Shown here one piece after another: positions 37,752-47,257 of a stretch of 64,000 nucleotides of DNA (positions are counted from its first letter, which is position 1; each line of letters opens with the position of its first letter). The notes below the pieces were generated by a model. It saw nothing but the letters and a program-made list of their open reading frames with translations. It was not told the origin of the DNA and made no database searches. The stretch comes from Roseibium sp. (GTDB lineage: Bacteria > Pseudomonadota > Alphaproteobacteria > Rhizobiales > Stappiaceae). Made by a program: the position numbers and the translations under genes. The stretch lies in the NCBI GenBank assembly GCA_039986495.1, contig JBDWQP010000013.1, positions 88,084 through 152,083 on the forward strand. The letters run 5' to 3'.

Positions 37752-38651
37752 ATGGCGAAACCGGTAATCGGATTCATCGGGGTCGGCCTGATGGGCCATG
37801 GCATGGCCAAGAACATCGTCGAAAAAGGCTTTCCCCTTGTCATCATGGGCCACCGGAACCGGGAACCGGTTGAGGATCTCATCGGACGTGGTGCGACGGA
37901 AGTCCATTCCCCGAAGGAAATGGCTGCAAAGTGCGACATCATCCATCTTTGTGTTTCGGGAAGTCCGCAAGTCGAAGAAATCATCCGCGGCCCAAATGGT
38001 CTATTGGCTTCCGGAAAATCCGGTCTGATCGTGATCGATTGCTCCACGTCAGATCCAGTTTCGACGGAGCAGCTTGCAGCAGAACTCAAAACTATAGGCG
38101 TTGATTTCGCTGATGCTCCTCTTTCGCGCACGCCAAAGGAAGCGGAAGCCGGTACCCTGGACGCAATGGTCGGCGCGTCTCCTGAAGTCTTCGAAAAGAT
38201 CAAACCAGTCATTGAATGTTGGGCCGGTGTGATTGTTCATCTGGGAGAAGTCGGTCTCGGTCACAAGATGAAACTGATCAACAATTTCATCGCCCAGGGA
38301 TACGGTGTTCTCTATTCAGAAGCGCTTGCCATTGCGCGCAAATCCGGGTTGAGCGCTGAGCAAGTCGATTCCGTTATTCGGCCGGGCCGACTGGCCAACG
38401 GGTTCTATGAGACCTTCATGAAATGGACGCTGGAGCGCGATAAAAACGCCCACAAATTCTCCATTTCCAATGCGCACAAGGACATGCGGTATCTTGCAAA
38501 TCTTGCGACCAGCATTGGCGCGGTCAGTCCGATGCAGTCTGTAGTCAAAAACAGCTTTGCTGCCATGGAAGCCTCGGGAGACGGCGAAAAATACCTTCCG
38601 ATGATTGCAGACTTCATTGCGCAGACCAATGGACTGGAAAACGACGACTGA
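37752..38651 (+). CDS. NAD(P)-dependent beta-hydroxyacid dehydrogenase (3-hydroxyisobutyrate/tartronate semialdehyde reductase family)
   Basis: GFIGVGLMG, IDCSTSDP, DAPLSRTP, catalytic Lys in KMKLINN. Confidence 0.9.
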   Translation: MAKPVIGFIGVGLMGHGMAKNIVEKGFPLVIMGHRNREPVEDLIGRGATEVHSPKEMAAKCDIIHLCVSGSPQVEEIIRGPNGLLASGKSGLIVIDCSTSDPVSTEQLAAELKTIGVDFADAPLSRTPKEAEAGTLDAMVGASPEVFEKIKPVIECWAGVIVHLGEVGLGHKMKLINNFIAQGYGVLYSEALAIARKSGLSAEQVDSVIRPGRLANGFYETFMKWTLERDKNAHKFSISNAHKDMRYLANLATSIGAVSPMQSVVKNSFAAMEASGDGEKYLPMIADFIAQTNGLENDD

Positions 38652-38796
38652 ATTTGTGAAGGGCGAGGCCGCCAAAATCGACGGTCGCCCCGGAGACCTG
38701 CGGCCGATCAACGGAAACGTTTACATAATTCTTCCCTAAGGGTAGCTTTTATGCAGGTAAGCCTGACACAAGACTTGCTACTCGAGGGAGCTAACC

Positions 38797-39159
38797 ATGA
38801 ACATAATAAAATCCGTATGCTGCGCAGCGGCACTGACCCTCTATGCAACAACTGTCTTAGCGCAGGGCACTGGATCTGAAGGATATTTCCAGATCCACAA
38901 CAACACTGGCGGCAATATCGTCGTTGGCTTTTATACAAATGCGGGTGATGGCTGGAGCGACAATTGGTTGGCAGATGCATTGTCTCCCGGCGAAAATGCG
39001 ACAGCGGAATTCACTGCAAACACCGGAAACTGCGATCAAGTTTTTCAAATCGGTTGGCTCGGTGAAAACAACACGGAAGTTATTGATGAGCCGATCGCAA
39101 TCGACATTTGTGCCGCCAGCAATGTCTATTTGGATGACAACGAGATTTATTACGATTGA
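38797..39159 (+). CDS. Small secreted hypothetical protein
   Basis: Signal peptide, FQIHNNTG, WSDNWL..LSPGE, two mature-region Cys; GGGAG RBS. Confidence 0.75.
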   Translation: MNIIKSVCCAAALTLYATTVLAQGTGSEGYFQIHNNTGGNIVVGFYTNAGDGWSDNWLADALSPGENATAEFTANTGNCDQVFQIGWLGENNTEVIDEPIAIDICAASNVYLDDNEIYYD

Positions 39160-39228
39160 TCAGTCATCAGATATCGAATCGATGTAAGCGTGTTATCTGC
39201 GTTTCATCTCGATTTGTGCTGATATTCC

Positions 39229-39684
39229 ATGCCCGACACCCTCTATTTCGAAGACTTTGAAACCGACCAGAAATTCGATCTGGGCTCACTGGTCGTTTCC
39301 AAAGAGGACATCATAGAATTCGCATCTGAATTCGATCCGCAGCCGTTTCATCTCGATGAGGAGGCAGGCAAGACGTCCTTGCTTGGCGGCCTGGCGGCTT
39401 CAGGATGGCATACCGGCGGGCTTGTTATGCGTCTTCTTGCTCAAGGTTTGTTGAACCGCTCAACCTGTCAAGGTTCTCCGGGCGTTTCTCGCCTGAAATG
39501 GATGCATCCCGTGTTTCCGAATGACACATTGTTCGCTGAGGCAGTTGTCCTTGAAAGACGTGAACTCCGCTCAAAACCAGGCCTTGGCCTCGTCACCGTT
39601 CGGGTGAACGCACACAATCAGAACGGCAATCAGGTTCTTCTTTGGGAAAATGCGATCCTCTTCCGCAAGCGGGAGAATGGATGA
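39229..39684 (+). CDS. MaoC family dehydratase
   Basis: FDPQPFHLD, GLAASGWHT, PVFPND. Confidence 0.92.
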   Translation: MPDTLYFEDFETDQKFDLGSLVVSKEDIIEFASEFDPQPFHLDEEAGKTSLLGGLAASGWHTGGLVMRLLAQGLLNRSTCQGSPGVSRLKWMHPVFPNDTLFAEAVVLERRELRSKPGLGLVTVRVNAHNQNGNQVLLWENAILFRKRENG

Positions 39685-40187
39685 TGGCAAAATTCTTCGA
39701 AGAAATGGAAATCGGCGAGATCACCGAACTTGGGTCTCATAGCTTTACAGCAGAAGACATCATCGCGTTTGCGCAGAAATACGACCCGCAACCATTTCAC
39801 TTGAGTGAAGAAGCAGCAGCAGAGACGCACTTTGGCCGCCTGTGCGCCTCAGGCTGGCATACGGCATCAGCCTTCATGAAGCTGTTTGTAGCGACGTCAA
39901 AACGACAGCGAGAAGAGGCCCTGCAGATCGGAAAAACGCCTGCCCGATTTGGACCATCTCCGGGTTTTGAAAATCTGAAGTGGATCAAACCGGTCTTTGC
40001 CGGTGACACGTTGAGCTACCAGTGGGTGACTACCAGTACAACAGAAAGCCGCAGTCGCCCGGAATGGGGGCTGGTCCATTTTGATGTACTTGCCCGCAAT
40101 CAAGACGATATTCTGGTGTTTTCCTTCAAGGGAACGGTATTTGTGGAGCGGCGCAAGGCGCTGGCCGCCCCAACCAGTTCTATTTAG
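39681..40187 (+). CDS. MaoC family dehydratase (second, translationally coupled)
   Basis: YDPQPFHLS, CASGWHT, PVFAGD; ATGA overlap with the first maoC. Confidence 0.92.
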   Translation: MMAKFFEEMEIGEITELGSHSFTAEDIIAFAQKYDPQPFHLSEEAAAETHFGRLCASGWHTASAFMKLFVATSKRQREEALQIGKTPARFGPSPGFENLKWIKPVFAGDTLSYQWVTTSTTESRSRPEWGLVHFDVLARNQDDILVFSFKGTVFVERRKALAAPTSSI

Positions 40188-41206
40188 GTCGGCTTGCGAC
40201 CCGTCACCAGCATGGTCATGCCTGGTATCATGACCTTGGTCTCGACGTTTTCGAAACCTGCACCTTCCATCAAACCGGCCACATAATCGCTGGTGATGGA
40301 TTTGGCTTGCGGATTGAACGCTGTGTGCTGCAATTGCCAGAGCGCGGCAAGTTTTGGACCTTCCCGGTCTTCATCGACCATGAAGTCATGCACCATGAAG
40401 TTTCCACCCGGTTCCAGAACGTCCATTGCCTTGCGAACCAGTCCTGGAATCGCCGTTCCCGGTACGCCGGAAAAGAGATAGGACATCAGAACAGCACCGG
40501 CACTCTCCGGCCACGTATCCTTAAGGGCATTGCCGGGTTGATATCTTATGCGGTCCGACAGGTTTTCTTCCTCAATAAACTCCATGCCGACATTGGCAAC
40601 ATTGGGAAAATCGAGAATTGTGGAGCTCATTTGCGGATAGGCTTCACACAACGAAATCGAGAAAGCACCAGTCCCGCCACCAACATCAAGCAGTGTTTTC
40701 ACCTTTGACAGATCGACCATCCGGGCAAGCCCCCGACCAGGGCCCAGAGAACCCGCATGTTGGGACTTAGAATACAATCGCGCCTGCTCAGGATCGCTGA
40801 ACCATTCTTCATAGGACGCGACATTTTCTGGATCCAGATCATCCGTCAACGCCTCGTTGAGCTGCGTCAGGAACGGATACATCTGCTGATCAATCTGCAG
40901 CCTTAAATAATCGCCAAAATCATACTTCCGGCCTTTGACCAGAAAGGCTTCCGCCGCAGGGGAATTGGTGAACCCGTCACCTTCTTTGCGCACCAAACCC
41001 AGGCTGGTCAATGCGGTTAAAAGCGTGGTTGCTCGCTCACCATCCAGTGGGCATTTTTCGGCCACCTGATCTGGTGTTAAATATTTTTCAGATAAAACCG
41101 AAAACAAACCAACATGAAGTGCAGAAAAAAGAGCTTTCGAGCCCATAAATCCAAAAGCAATATCAGAAATTGACTCCGCCGTTTCAAGCGGAATTGCAGC
41201 AGACAT
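40184..41206 (-). CDS. dsyB: DsyB, MTHB S-methyltransferase of DMSP biosynthesis
   Basis: 340 aa class I methyltransferase (LLDVGGGTG). Long stretches match my recollection of Labrenzia DsyB: ISDIAFGFMGSKALFSALH, SPAAEAFLVKGRKYDFGDYLR, SQHAGSLGPGR, LMSYLFSGVPG, GPKLAALWQLQHTAFNP. The maoC/GNAT/bluB/apt/mtnP context matches the reported Labrenzia locus. Confidence 0.88.
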   Translation of the reverse strand: MSAAIPLETAESISDIAFGFMGSKALFSALHVGLFSVLSEKYLTPDQVAEKCPLDGERATTLLTALTSLGLVRKEGDGFTNSPAAEAFLVKGRKYDFGDYLRLQIDQQMYPFLTQLNEALTDDLDPENVASYEEWFSDPEQARLYSKSQHAGSLGPGRGLARMVDLSKVKTLLDVGGGTGAFSISLCEAYPQMSSTILDFPNVANVGMEFIEEENLSDRIRYQPGNALKDTWPESAGAVLMSYLFSGVPGTAIPGLVRKAMDVLEPGGNFMVHDFMVDEDREGPKLAALWQLQHTAFNPQAKSITSDYVAGLMEGAGFENVETKVMIPGMTMLVTGRKPT

Positions 41207-41287
41207 AAAATAACCTCCTCGGAGTATACTCCGTCAGTAAATGTGCAGCACCAAAATCAGCTTTTGGATACTCTGGTATTTTTCGCG

Positions 41288-41315
41288 ATTATAGGCATTG
41301 TGCACCGCAGCGCAA
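41288..41315 (-). promoter_or_regulatory. Predicted sigma70 promoter of dsyB
   Basis: Minus strand TTGCGC (41315-41310), N16, TATAAT (41293-41288). Confidence 0.65.
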
Positions 41316-41381
41316 CAGAACACTGTTGCGGAATTCGCAAAAGCAAAAACCGGCTAATATGCTAGCGCTCGTCAGGAGGGG

Positions 41382-41867
41382 TCAGATACTGAGCGCAAAC
41401 AGCACTTCGTCGTGGATTTCGATACCATAATCGCCTCGCAGCGGGATACCGGGTTTCAGCTCACGCTCGCGGTCGATAACACCCTGCCCGATCCGTTCCA
41501 GCCTGAATCCACGGCGCTGATAAAAGCGGAAAGCATCCAAATTGTCGTTGGATGTGCGAACGGTCAGACGGTCAATCCCGGTCGACTTGATTTCGTCTAT
41601 TGCAGCATCCAGAAGAAGACTCCCCACGCCGCCCCATCGATTGATGGAATCGAGCGTCAGAATTTCCCACTCATTTTCCCGTTTGATCAGGGTTACAAGC
41701 CCGACCAATTCATTGTTGGACCATGCAGTGTATCCCGGCAACCTGGATGCATCGATCATCTCACCGTCGATCAGGATATCGGGTGACGTCCAGCGCTGGA
41801 GCAATAACTTGAGAACATCGGGATGATCTTCGGCGGTTGTTGCACGGATCGTAACTGACATTGACAC
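41382..41867 (-). CDS. GNAT family acetyltransferase
   Basis: RWGGVGSLLL, TSNDNLDAFRFYQRRGF. Confidence 0.9.
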   Translation of the reverse strand: MSMSVTIRATTAEDHPDVLKLLLQRWTSPDILIDGEMIDASRLPGYTAWSNNELVGLVTLIKRENEWEILTLDSINRWGGVGSLLLDAAIDEIKSTGIDRLTVRTSNDNLDAFRFYQRRGFRLERIGQGVIDRERELKPGIPLRGDYGIEIHDEVLFALSI

Positions 41868-41870
41868 TCC

Positions 41871-42530
41871 CTAGCGGCGGAACAACCGCGTTTGTAATGG
41901 GCTCCGGCTTTGCCAGCGCACCCGTTCCAGTTCCGGATCGATATGTTCTTCTTCCGGATACCCGACGCATAGATAAGCCACGAGCTGCCAGCTATCGTCA
42001 ACCTCCAGAATGGTTGCAACCTCAATTGGATCCAGTATTGACACCCAGCCCATACCAATTCCTTCAGCACGCGCAGCCAGCCATAATGTGTGAATCATAC
42101 TGACAACCGAATAGGCAAGCGTCTCCGGCATGGTCGCCCGGCCAAGACCATGGCCCTGCTCAGGATCCATGTCACAGTAGATCGCCAAGTGAACTGGTGC
42201 CTCGCGCAAACCGGCAAGTTTTAGCTCGCGGTACTGGGCAGCTTTTTCATTGTCATAAGCCTTGGCAGCAGTGGCATTTTCTTCTTCAAAACACCCAATG
42301 ATCTGAGCTCGTTTGGCGGCTGATTCTACGGCCACAATCCGCCAGGGCTGGCTGTTGCCGACAGATGGAGCTAGGTCAGCCAGCTCCAGAATGTGCTTGA
42401 GTGTTTCAGGTGAGACTTTATCGGTCTTGAAACGGCGCACATCACGGCGCCATCTCAGCAATGTTTCAAATCCCTTCCGAAAGGCCTCTGAAAACTCAGG
42501 CTTTCCGGTATCCGAGACTACTTCCCCCAT
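41871..42530 (-). CDS. bluB: 5,6-dimethylbenzimidazole synthase
   Basis: WRRDVRRF, APSVGNSQPWR, LKLAGLREAP, LWLAARAEGIGMGWVS, AYLCVGYP. Confidence 0.93.
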   Translation of the reverse strand: MGEVVSDTGKPEFSEAFRKGFETLLRWRRDVRRFKTDKVSPETLKHILELADLAPSVGNSQPWRIVAVESAAKRAQIIGCFEEENATAAKAYDNEKAAQYRELKLAGLREAPVHLAIYCDMDPEQGHGLGRATMPETLAYSVVSMIHTLWLAARAEGIGMGWVSILDPIEVATILEVDDSWQLVAYLCVGYPEEEHIDPELERVRWQSRSPLQTRLFRR

Positions 42531-42536
42531 TGGACT

Positions 42537-43085
42537 TCAATGTCCGGGGAATTCGACCAGAGTGCGCACAGGAACCTTGAGGTCTTCCAGTTTTTTGCGT
42601 CCGCCCAAATCTGGCAGATCAACAATGAAACAGGCCGCTTCGATATTAGCGCCCATGGATCTCAGCAGTTTGCAGGCAGCTTCGGCGGTGCCGCCTGTTG
42701 CGATCAAATCATCGACCACAATCACTCGATCGCCTGGCTGGATTGCATCCTTATGCATTTCCATTTCATCCAATCCGTATTCAAGAGAATACGCAATTCG
42801 AACAGTCTCGTAAGGCAACTTGCCCTTCTTCCGGATCGGAACAAAGCCAGCAGAAAGCTGATGAGCCACAGCGCCACCAAGAATAAAGCCGCGCGCTTCG
42901 ATACCAGCGATTTGGTCAACTTTTGACCCGGCCCAAGGCTGCACCAACGCATCGACAGCTCGACGAAACGCGCGCGCGTTGCCCAGGAGCGTGGTGATAT
43001 CGCGGAACAGAATGCCCTCTTTCGGGTAGTCCTTGATCGTGCGAATCGCGCTGATCAATTCATCCTGGATCGTCTGATCGACCAT
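42537..43085 (-). CDS. apt: Adenine phosphoribosyltransferase
   Basis: [37 protein letters not shown]. Confidence 0.97.
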   Translation of the reverse strand: MVDQTIQDELISAIRTIKDYPKEGILFRDITTLLGNARAFRRAVDALVQPWAGSKVDQIAGIEARGFILGGAVAHQLSAGFVPIRKKGKLPYETVRIAYSLEYGLDEMEMHKDAIQPGDRVIVVDDLIATGGTAEAACKLLRSMGANIEAACFIVDLPDLGGRKKLEDLKVPVRTLVEFPGH

Positions 43086-43208
43086 TGGTTCATTTCCCTA
43101 AATACAATTGCACACAGTAAGTCCTACTGCGTTGCCCCGACCGCTATATATATCAATTTTAGCCAGTTGGTCGACGCAATTTCACGTAGTTTGAATATGC
43201 AGAACAGT

Positions 43209-44093
43209 TTAGTCAGGCTTGTTCAGAATCCGACCAGCGACAGCATCCAGTTTGGCGACAAGTACCGGATCGCGTTTGTCCGGTGCCGTCATCATCGCAA
43301 ACTCAAGTGCTGTATCTGATCCTGCAGGGCAGGATTGATGCTCCTTCGGCAGATCGCGTGCCACACGGGCAACAAGGCGCTGCGCGTTTTCAGCATTTTC
43401 ATGGAGAACCTTGATGATCGCCTGTATGTCGACCTCACCGTGATCTGGATGCCAGCTGTCATAGTCTGTGACCATAGCAACAGTCGCATAGCAGATCTCT
43501 GCTTCACGGGCGAGCTTGGCTTCCGGCATGTTGGTCATGCCGATCACGGCACATCCCCACGATCTGTAGAGTTCACTTTCGGCCAGGGAAGAGAACTGAG
43601 GACCTTCCATCGCCAAATAGGTACCGCCCTTGTGGCAAGTGAGACCTTCGGCTTCACCAGCGGCTGCGACAGCCTCTACAAGCTTGGGGCTGGTCGGTGT
43701 CGCCATGGAAACATGGGCAACACAGCCGGTGCCAAAGAAACTTTTCTCACGGGCGATCGTGCGATCAATGAACTGATCGACCAGAACAAAGGTCCCCGGA
43801 GCCAATTCCTCTTTCAAAGAACCGCATGCGGACACGGACAAAAGGTCCGTCACGCCGCAACGCTTCATCACATCGATGTTTGCGCGGTAGTTGATTGATG
43901 TCGGCGAATAGACATGACCACGGCCATGGCGCGGCAGAAATACAATTTTCAGACCATTGATCGTGCCAATCCTTACCTGATCGGACGGAGTGCCCCAAGG
44001 GCTCTCGACAGTAATCCATTCTGAATTCTCGAGGCCCGGCAGATCATAGATCCCTGACCCTCCGATTATTCCAAGAACTGCATCCGCCATCAA
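43209..44093 (-). CDS. mtnP: S-methyl-5'-thioadenosine phosphorylase
   Basis: GIIGGSG, LPRHGRGH, INYRANI, MEGPQFS, GMTNMPEAKLAREAEICY, TDYDSW. Confidence 0.95.
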   Translation of the reverse strand: MMADAVLGIIGGSGIYDLPGLENSEWITVESPWGTPSDQVRIGTINGLKIVFLPRHGRGHVYSPTSINYRANIDVMKRCGVTDLLSVSACGSLKEELAPGTFVLVDQFIDRTIAREKSFFGTGCVAHVSMATPTSPKLVEAVAAAGEAEGLTCHKGGTYLAMEGPQFSSLAESELYRSWGCAVIGMTNMPEAKLAREAEICYATVAMVTDYDSWHPDHGEVDIQAIIKVLHENAENAQRLVARVARDLPKEHQSCPAGSDTALEFAMMTAPDKRDPVLVAKLDAVAGRILNKPD

Positions 44094-44169
44094 AAGTCCC
44101 CCACGTTGAAGAAAGCCTGAAGTTCCTTGGTGATTACCAAGCAGTCATCAAATTGAACAGGCATAAAAC

Positions 44170-44197
44170 AAAAAAGGCGGGCTTGAAGCCCGCCTTT
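44170..44197 (-). terminator. petABC terminator
   Basis: AAAGGCGGGCT-tga-AGCCCGCCTTT with a T-run on the minus strand. Confidence 0.85.
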
Positions 44198-44223
44198 CTA
44201 ATTACTGACGTTAACCGGCGAGC

Positions 44224-45063
44224 TTAGTGCTCAACGTTCCGCCACAGCTTTTTCTTGGTGAAGTACAAGAGGCCAGCAAAGAAGATCAGGAAGATCATAA
44301 CACGGAAACCGATTTTCTTGCGGGCTTCTAAATGCGGTTCAGCAGCCCACATCATGAACGCCGCAACGTCACGAGCATACTGCTCGGTCGTCATTGGCGT
44401 GCCGTCTGTGTATTCAACTGCTTCTTCATAGAGCGGCGGTGCCATCGAAATGAACTGACCAGCCAGGAAGGAGTGGTTGTAGTACTGGCCGTCCGGCACT
44501 TCGATACCTTCAGGATCTTCTTCATATCCAGTCAGCAGTGAATAGATGTAGTCAGGTCCATTCTCTTGGTACTGCGTGAAAGCATCGAAGACGAACCACG
44601 GGAAACCACGCTGTGCAGCGCGCGCCTTGGCGAGCAACGAGAAATCTGGCGGGTAAGCGCCATTGTTTGATGCCCGCGCTGCCTGCTCATTGGGGAACGG
44701 CGACGGAAAGCGGTCAGCCAGAATAGCTGGACGCTCAAACATTTCGCCATCGTCATCCGGACCATCGATCACAGTGTATTCTGCGGCAATCGCCTTGGCT
44801 GCATCTACAGAGAAGCTTGGGCCGCCGTCTTCAGCAAGATTGCGGAAGGCAACTTGGCGAAGGCCGTGACATGCGGAGCAGTTCTCACGGTAGACTTTAA
44901 AACCGCGCTGCAGTTGGGCACGGTCGAAACTCCCAAAGGGTCCCGCGAAGGACCAACTTTGGGGATGGATCTCGACACTACCACCGGCAGCCATTGCCGG
45001 GGCTGCGATGGCAACAGTTGCCACCGCTAGAAGGGATCGAACCATTTTGATCATGGTGCTCAT
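44224..45063 (-). CDS. petC: Cytochrome c1
   Basis: Signal peptide, QRGFKVY, heme motif CSACH, MAPPL axial Met, C-terminal TM anchor. Confidence 0.97.
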   Translation of the reverse strand: MSTMIKMVRSLLAVATVAIAAPAMAAGGSVEIHPQSWSFAGPFGSFDRAQLQRGFKVYRENCSACHGLRQVAFRNLAEDGGPSFSVDAAKAIAAEYTVIDGPDDDGEMFERPAILADRFPSPFPNEQAARASNNGAYPPDFSLLAKARAAQRGFPWFVFDAFTQYQENGPDYIYSLLTGYEEDPEGIEVPDGQYYNHSFLAGQFISMAPPLYEEAVEYTDGTPMTTEQYARDVAAFMMWAAEPHLEARKKIGFRVMIFLIFFAGLLYFTKKKLWRNVEH

Positions 45064-45092
45064 TGTCTCAAATAACTCCTGATCGGTTCGCG

Positions 45093-46358
45093 TTACTTCG
45101 TGTCCGGTGCAGATGTTGCACCAGCCGGTTTGGCAGAACCACCTTTCAACACAGCTTCAGATATTGAAGCCGGAAGAGGTAGCGGTTTTTCCAGGAACCC
45201 GAGCATCGGAAGAATGATCAGGAAGTGGGCGAAGTAATACACTGTGCAGATACGCGACAGAATGACGTAAACGCCTTCCGCTGGCATCGCGCCGAGATAA
45301 CCCAGAACGACAGCATTGGCAGCAAAGATCCAGAAGAACTGCTTGAACAGTGGCCGATAGGAACCGGACCGTACTTTGGATGTGTCGAGCCACGGCAGGA
45401 CGAACAGGATAGCGATCGCACCAAACATGGCGACAACACCGCCAAGCTTGTCCGGGACAGCACGAAGGATCGCGTAGAACGGCAAGTAATACCATTCAGG
45501 AACGATGTGCGCTGGCGTGACGAGCGGGTTCGCTTCGATGTAGTTGTCCGGATGCCCCATGAAGTTCGGAACATAGAACGCGAACCATGCGAAGAAGATC
45601 ATGAAGACCACAATCGCGAACAGATCCTTGATTGTATAATAAGGATGGAACGGGATCGTGTCTTGTTTGGTCTTTGGCTGAACACCTGTTGGATTGTTGT
45701 TACCTGTGGTGTGGAATGCCCACACGTGCAGGATAACAACGCCGACAATCATGAACGGAAGCAGGTAGTGCAGTGAGAAGAACCGGTTCAACGTTGGATT
45801 ATCAACGGAGAAACCGCCCCACAACCAGATTACGATCTGTTCACCGACCAGCGGGATCGCAGAGAACAGGTTGGTGATCACGGTCGCACCCCAGAAGGAC
45901 ATCTGCCCCCAAGGCAACACGTAGCCCATGAAGCCGGTGCCCATCATGATGAGGAAGATGATCACACCGAGAATCCAGGAAATCTCACGTGGCGCCTTGT
46001 ATGACCCGTAATAGAGACCCCGGAAAATGTGAATATAGACCGCGATGAAGAACATCGACGCGCCGTTCGCATGCAGATAGCGCAGCATCCAGCCGAAATT
46101 CACGTCACGCATGATGTGCTCGACACTATCGAACGCCAACGTCGTGTGCGGCGTATAGTGCATCGCAAGCACGATGCCTGTGATGAGCTGAGCAATCAGC
46201 ACGAAGAAGAGAATTCCACCAAATGCCCACCAGTAATTGAGGTTCTTCGGTGTTGGGAAGTCTACGAACGATCCGCGTACGAGCGAAATAACCGGCAAAC
46301 GGCTTTCCAGCCACTTTGCCGCGGCGCTCTGCGGTACATATTGTGAATGTCCAGCCAT
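45093..46358 (-). CDS. petB: Cytochrome b
   Basis: [38 protein letters not shown]. Confidence 0.98.
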   Translation of the reverse strand: MAGHSQYVPQSAAAKWLESRLPVISLVRGSFVDFPTPKNLNYWWAFGGILFFVLIAQLITGIVLAMHYTPHTTLAFDSVEHIMRDVNFGWMLRYLHANGASMFFIAVYIHIFRGLYYGSYKAPREISWILGVIIFLIMMGTGFMGYVLPWGQMSFWGATVITNLFSAIPLVGEQIVIWLWGGFSVDNPTLNRFFSLHYLLPFMIVGVVILHVWAFHTTGNNNPTGVQPKTKQDTIPFHPYYTIKDLFAIVVFMIFFAWFAFYVPNFMGHPDNYIEANPLVTPAHIVPEWYYLPFYAILRAVPDKLGGVVAMFGAIAILFVLPWLDTSKVRSGSYRPLFKQFFWIFAANAVVLGYLGAMPAEGVYVILSRICTVYYFAHFLIILPMLGFLEKPLPLPASISEAVLKGGSAKPAGATSAPDTK

Positions 46359-46382
46359 GGCTGTCTCCTAAAACTTTTGCCG

Positions 46383-46946
46383 TTAGCCGATTTTGACCAT
46401 CGAGTCGCTGACGAACTCAAGCGGCGGTATCAGCAAATTCTCGGGAGCCGGGCCCTTACGGATCCGACCGGCTGTGTCGTAGTGAGAACCATGGCAAGGA
46501 CAGAACCAGCCATTATAGTCACCGGCATCACCCAGTGGCACGCAGCCAAGGTGCGTACAGATACCAACCTGAATCAGCCAGTTTTCCTTGCCTTCTACGC
46601 CGCGGTGGACATCAGACGCATCAGCATCTGCAGGCAGGTTGGCGTTTCGCGCCAACTGATCGGGAAGATCGGAGATCGGTACGGTCTTGGAATCTTCCAC
46701 TTCCGCTTCTGTGCGGTTGCGGATGAATACCGGCTTGCCGCGCCATTTCACCGTAATTGACTGCCCCTCTTCCACGGCAGAGATATCAACTTCAATAGAA
46801 GCCAATGCCAAGGCGGAGGCATCAGGGTTCATCTGATCGATGAACGGCCATACCAGCGCGCCAGCGCCCACAACGCCCATGGCGCCGGTCGCAATATAGA
46901 GGAAATCGCGGCGGGTAGGTACCGCCTGATCCGTATCGTTTGCCAA
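46383..46946 (-). CDS. petA: Rieske iron-sulfur subunit of the bc1 complex
   Basis: Tat motif TRRDFL, CTHLGC, CPCHGS. TTG start at 46946 with a GAGAGGA RBS. Confidence 0.96.
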   Translation of the reverse strand: MANDTDQAVPTRRDFLYIATGAMGVVGAGALVWPFIDQMNPDASALALASIEVDISAVEEGQSITVKWRGKPVFIRNRTEAEVEDSKTVPISDLPDQLARNANLPADADASDVHRGVEGKENWLIQVGICTHLGCVPLGDAGDYNGWFCPCHGSHYDTAGRIRKGPAPENLLIPPLEFVSDSMVKIG

Positions 46947-47257
46947 GGTCGCGTCCTCTCGAAACCATTTCAACCTGTACCGAAAGCCCGTTTCATGTAC
47001 TGACCTTCTGCACAACGCAGTGCAAAATCATCAGAAACATGCCGGGCTCAACGGTGACCTGGTGCAGCAGAATTCCACACCAGCCAAAGCGGCTTGTCTT
47101 TTTGCACCCTTCGATACGCTTGTCCAGTTCAACAAACGACCGAATACGCAATTGTCGCAGGCTATTTGCCCCCCGCGCCGCCTTTCTGCCCTTTTTATAC
47201 GAAGCAGCGCAAGACCGGAATAGTGCTGATGCCCGGTCTTACTCATGTTCTTTCGTA

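Noticed and set aside
41238-41252. Second PhaR-like site (GGTGCTGCACAT on the minus strand) in the dsyB leader
   Set aside because: It matches only 9/12 of the recalled consensus, too weak to call.
42537-44093. apt-mtnP as a dedicated SAM-recycling arm for DsyB
   Set aside because: DsyB produces SAH, not MTA, and these genes normally sit beside petC in related bacteria regardless of dsyB.
46947-47257. FNR or RegA/RegR box in the petABC promoter
   Set aside because: No TTGAT-N4-ATCAA is present, and only half-matches to GCGGC-N5-GTCGC.
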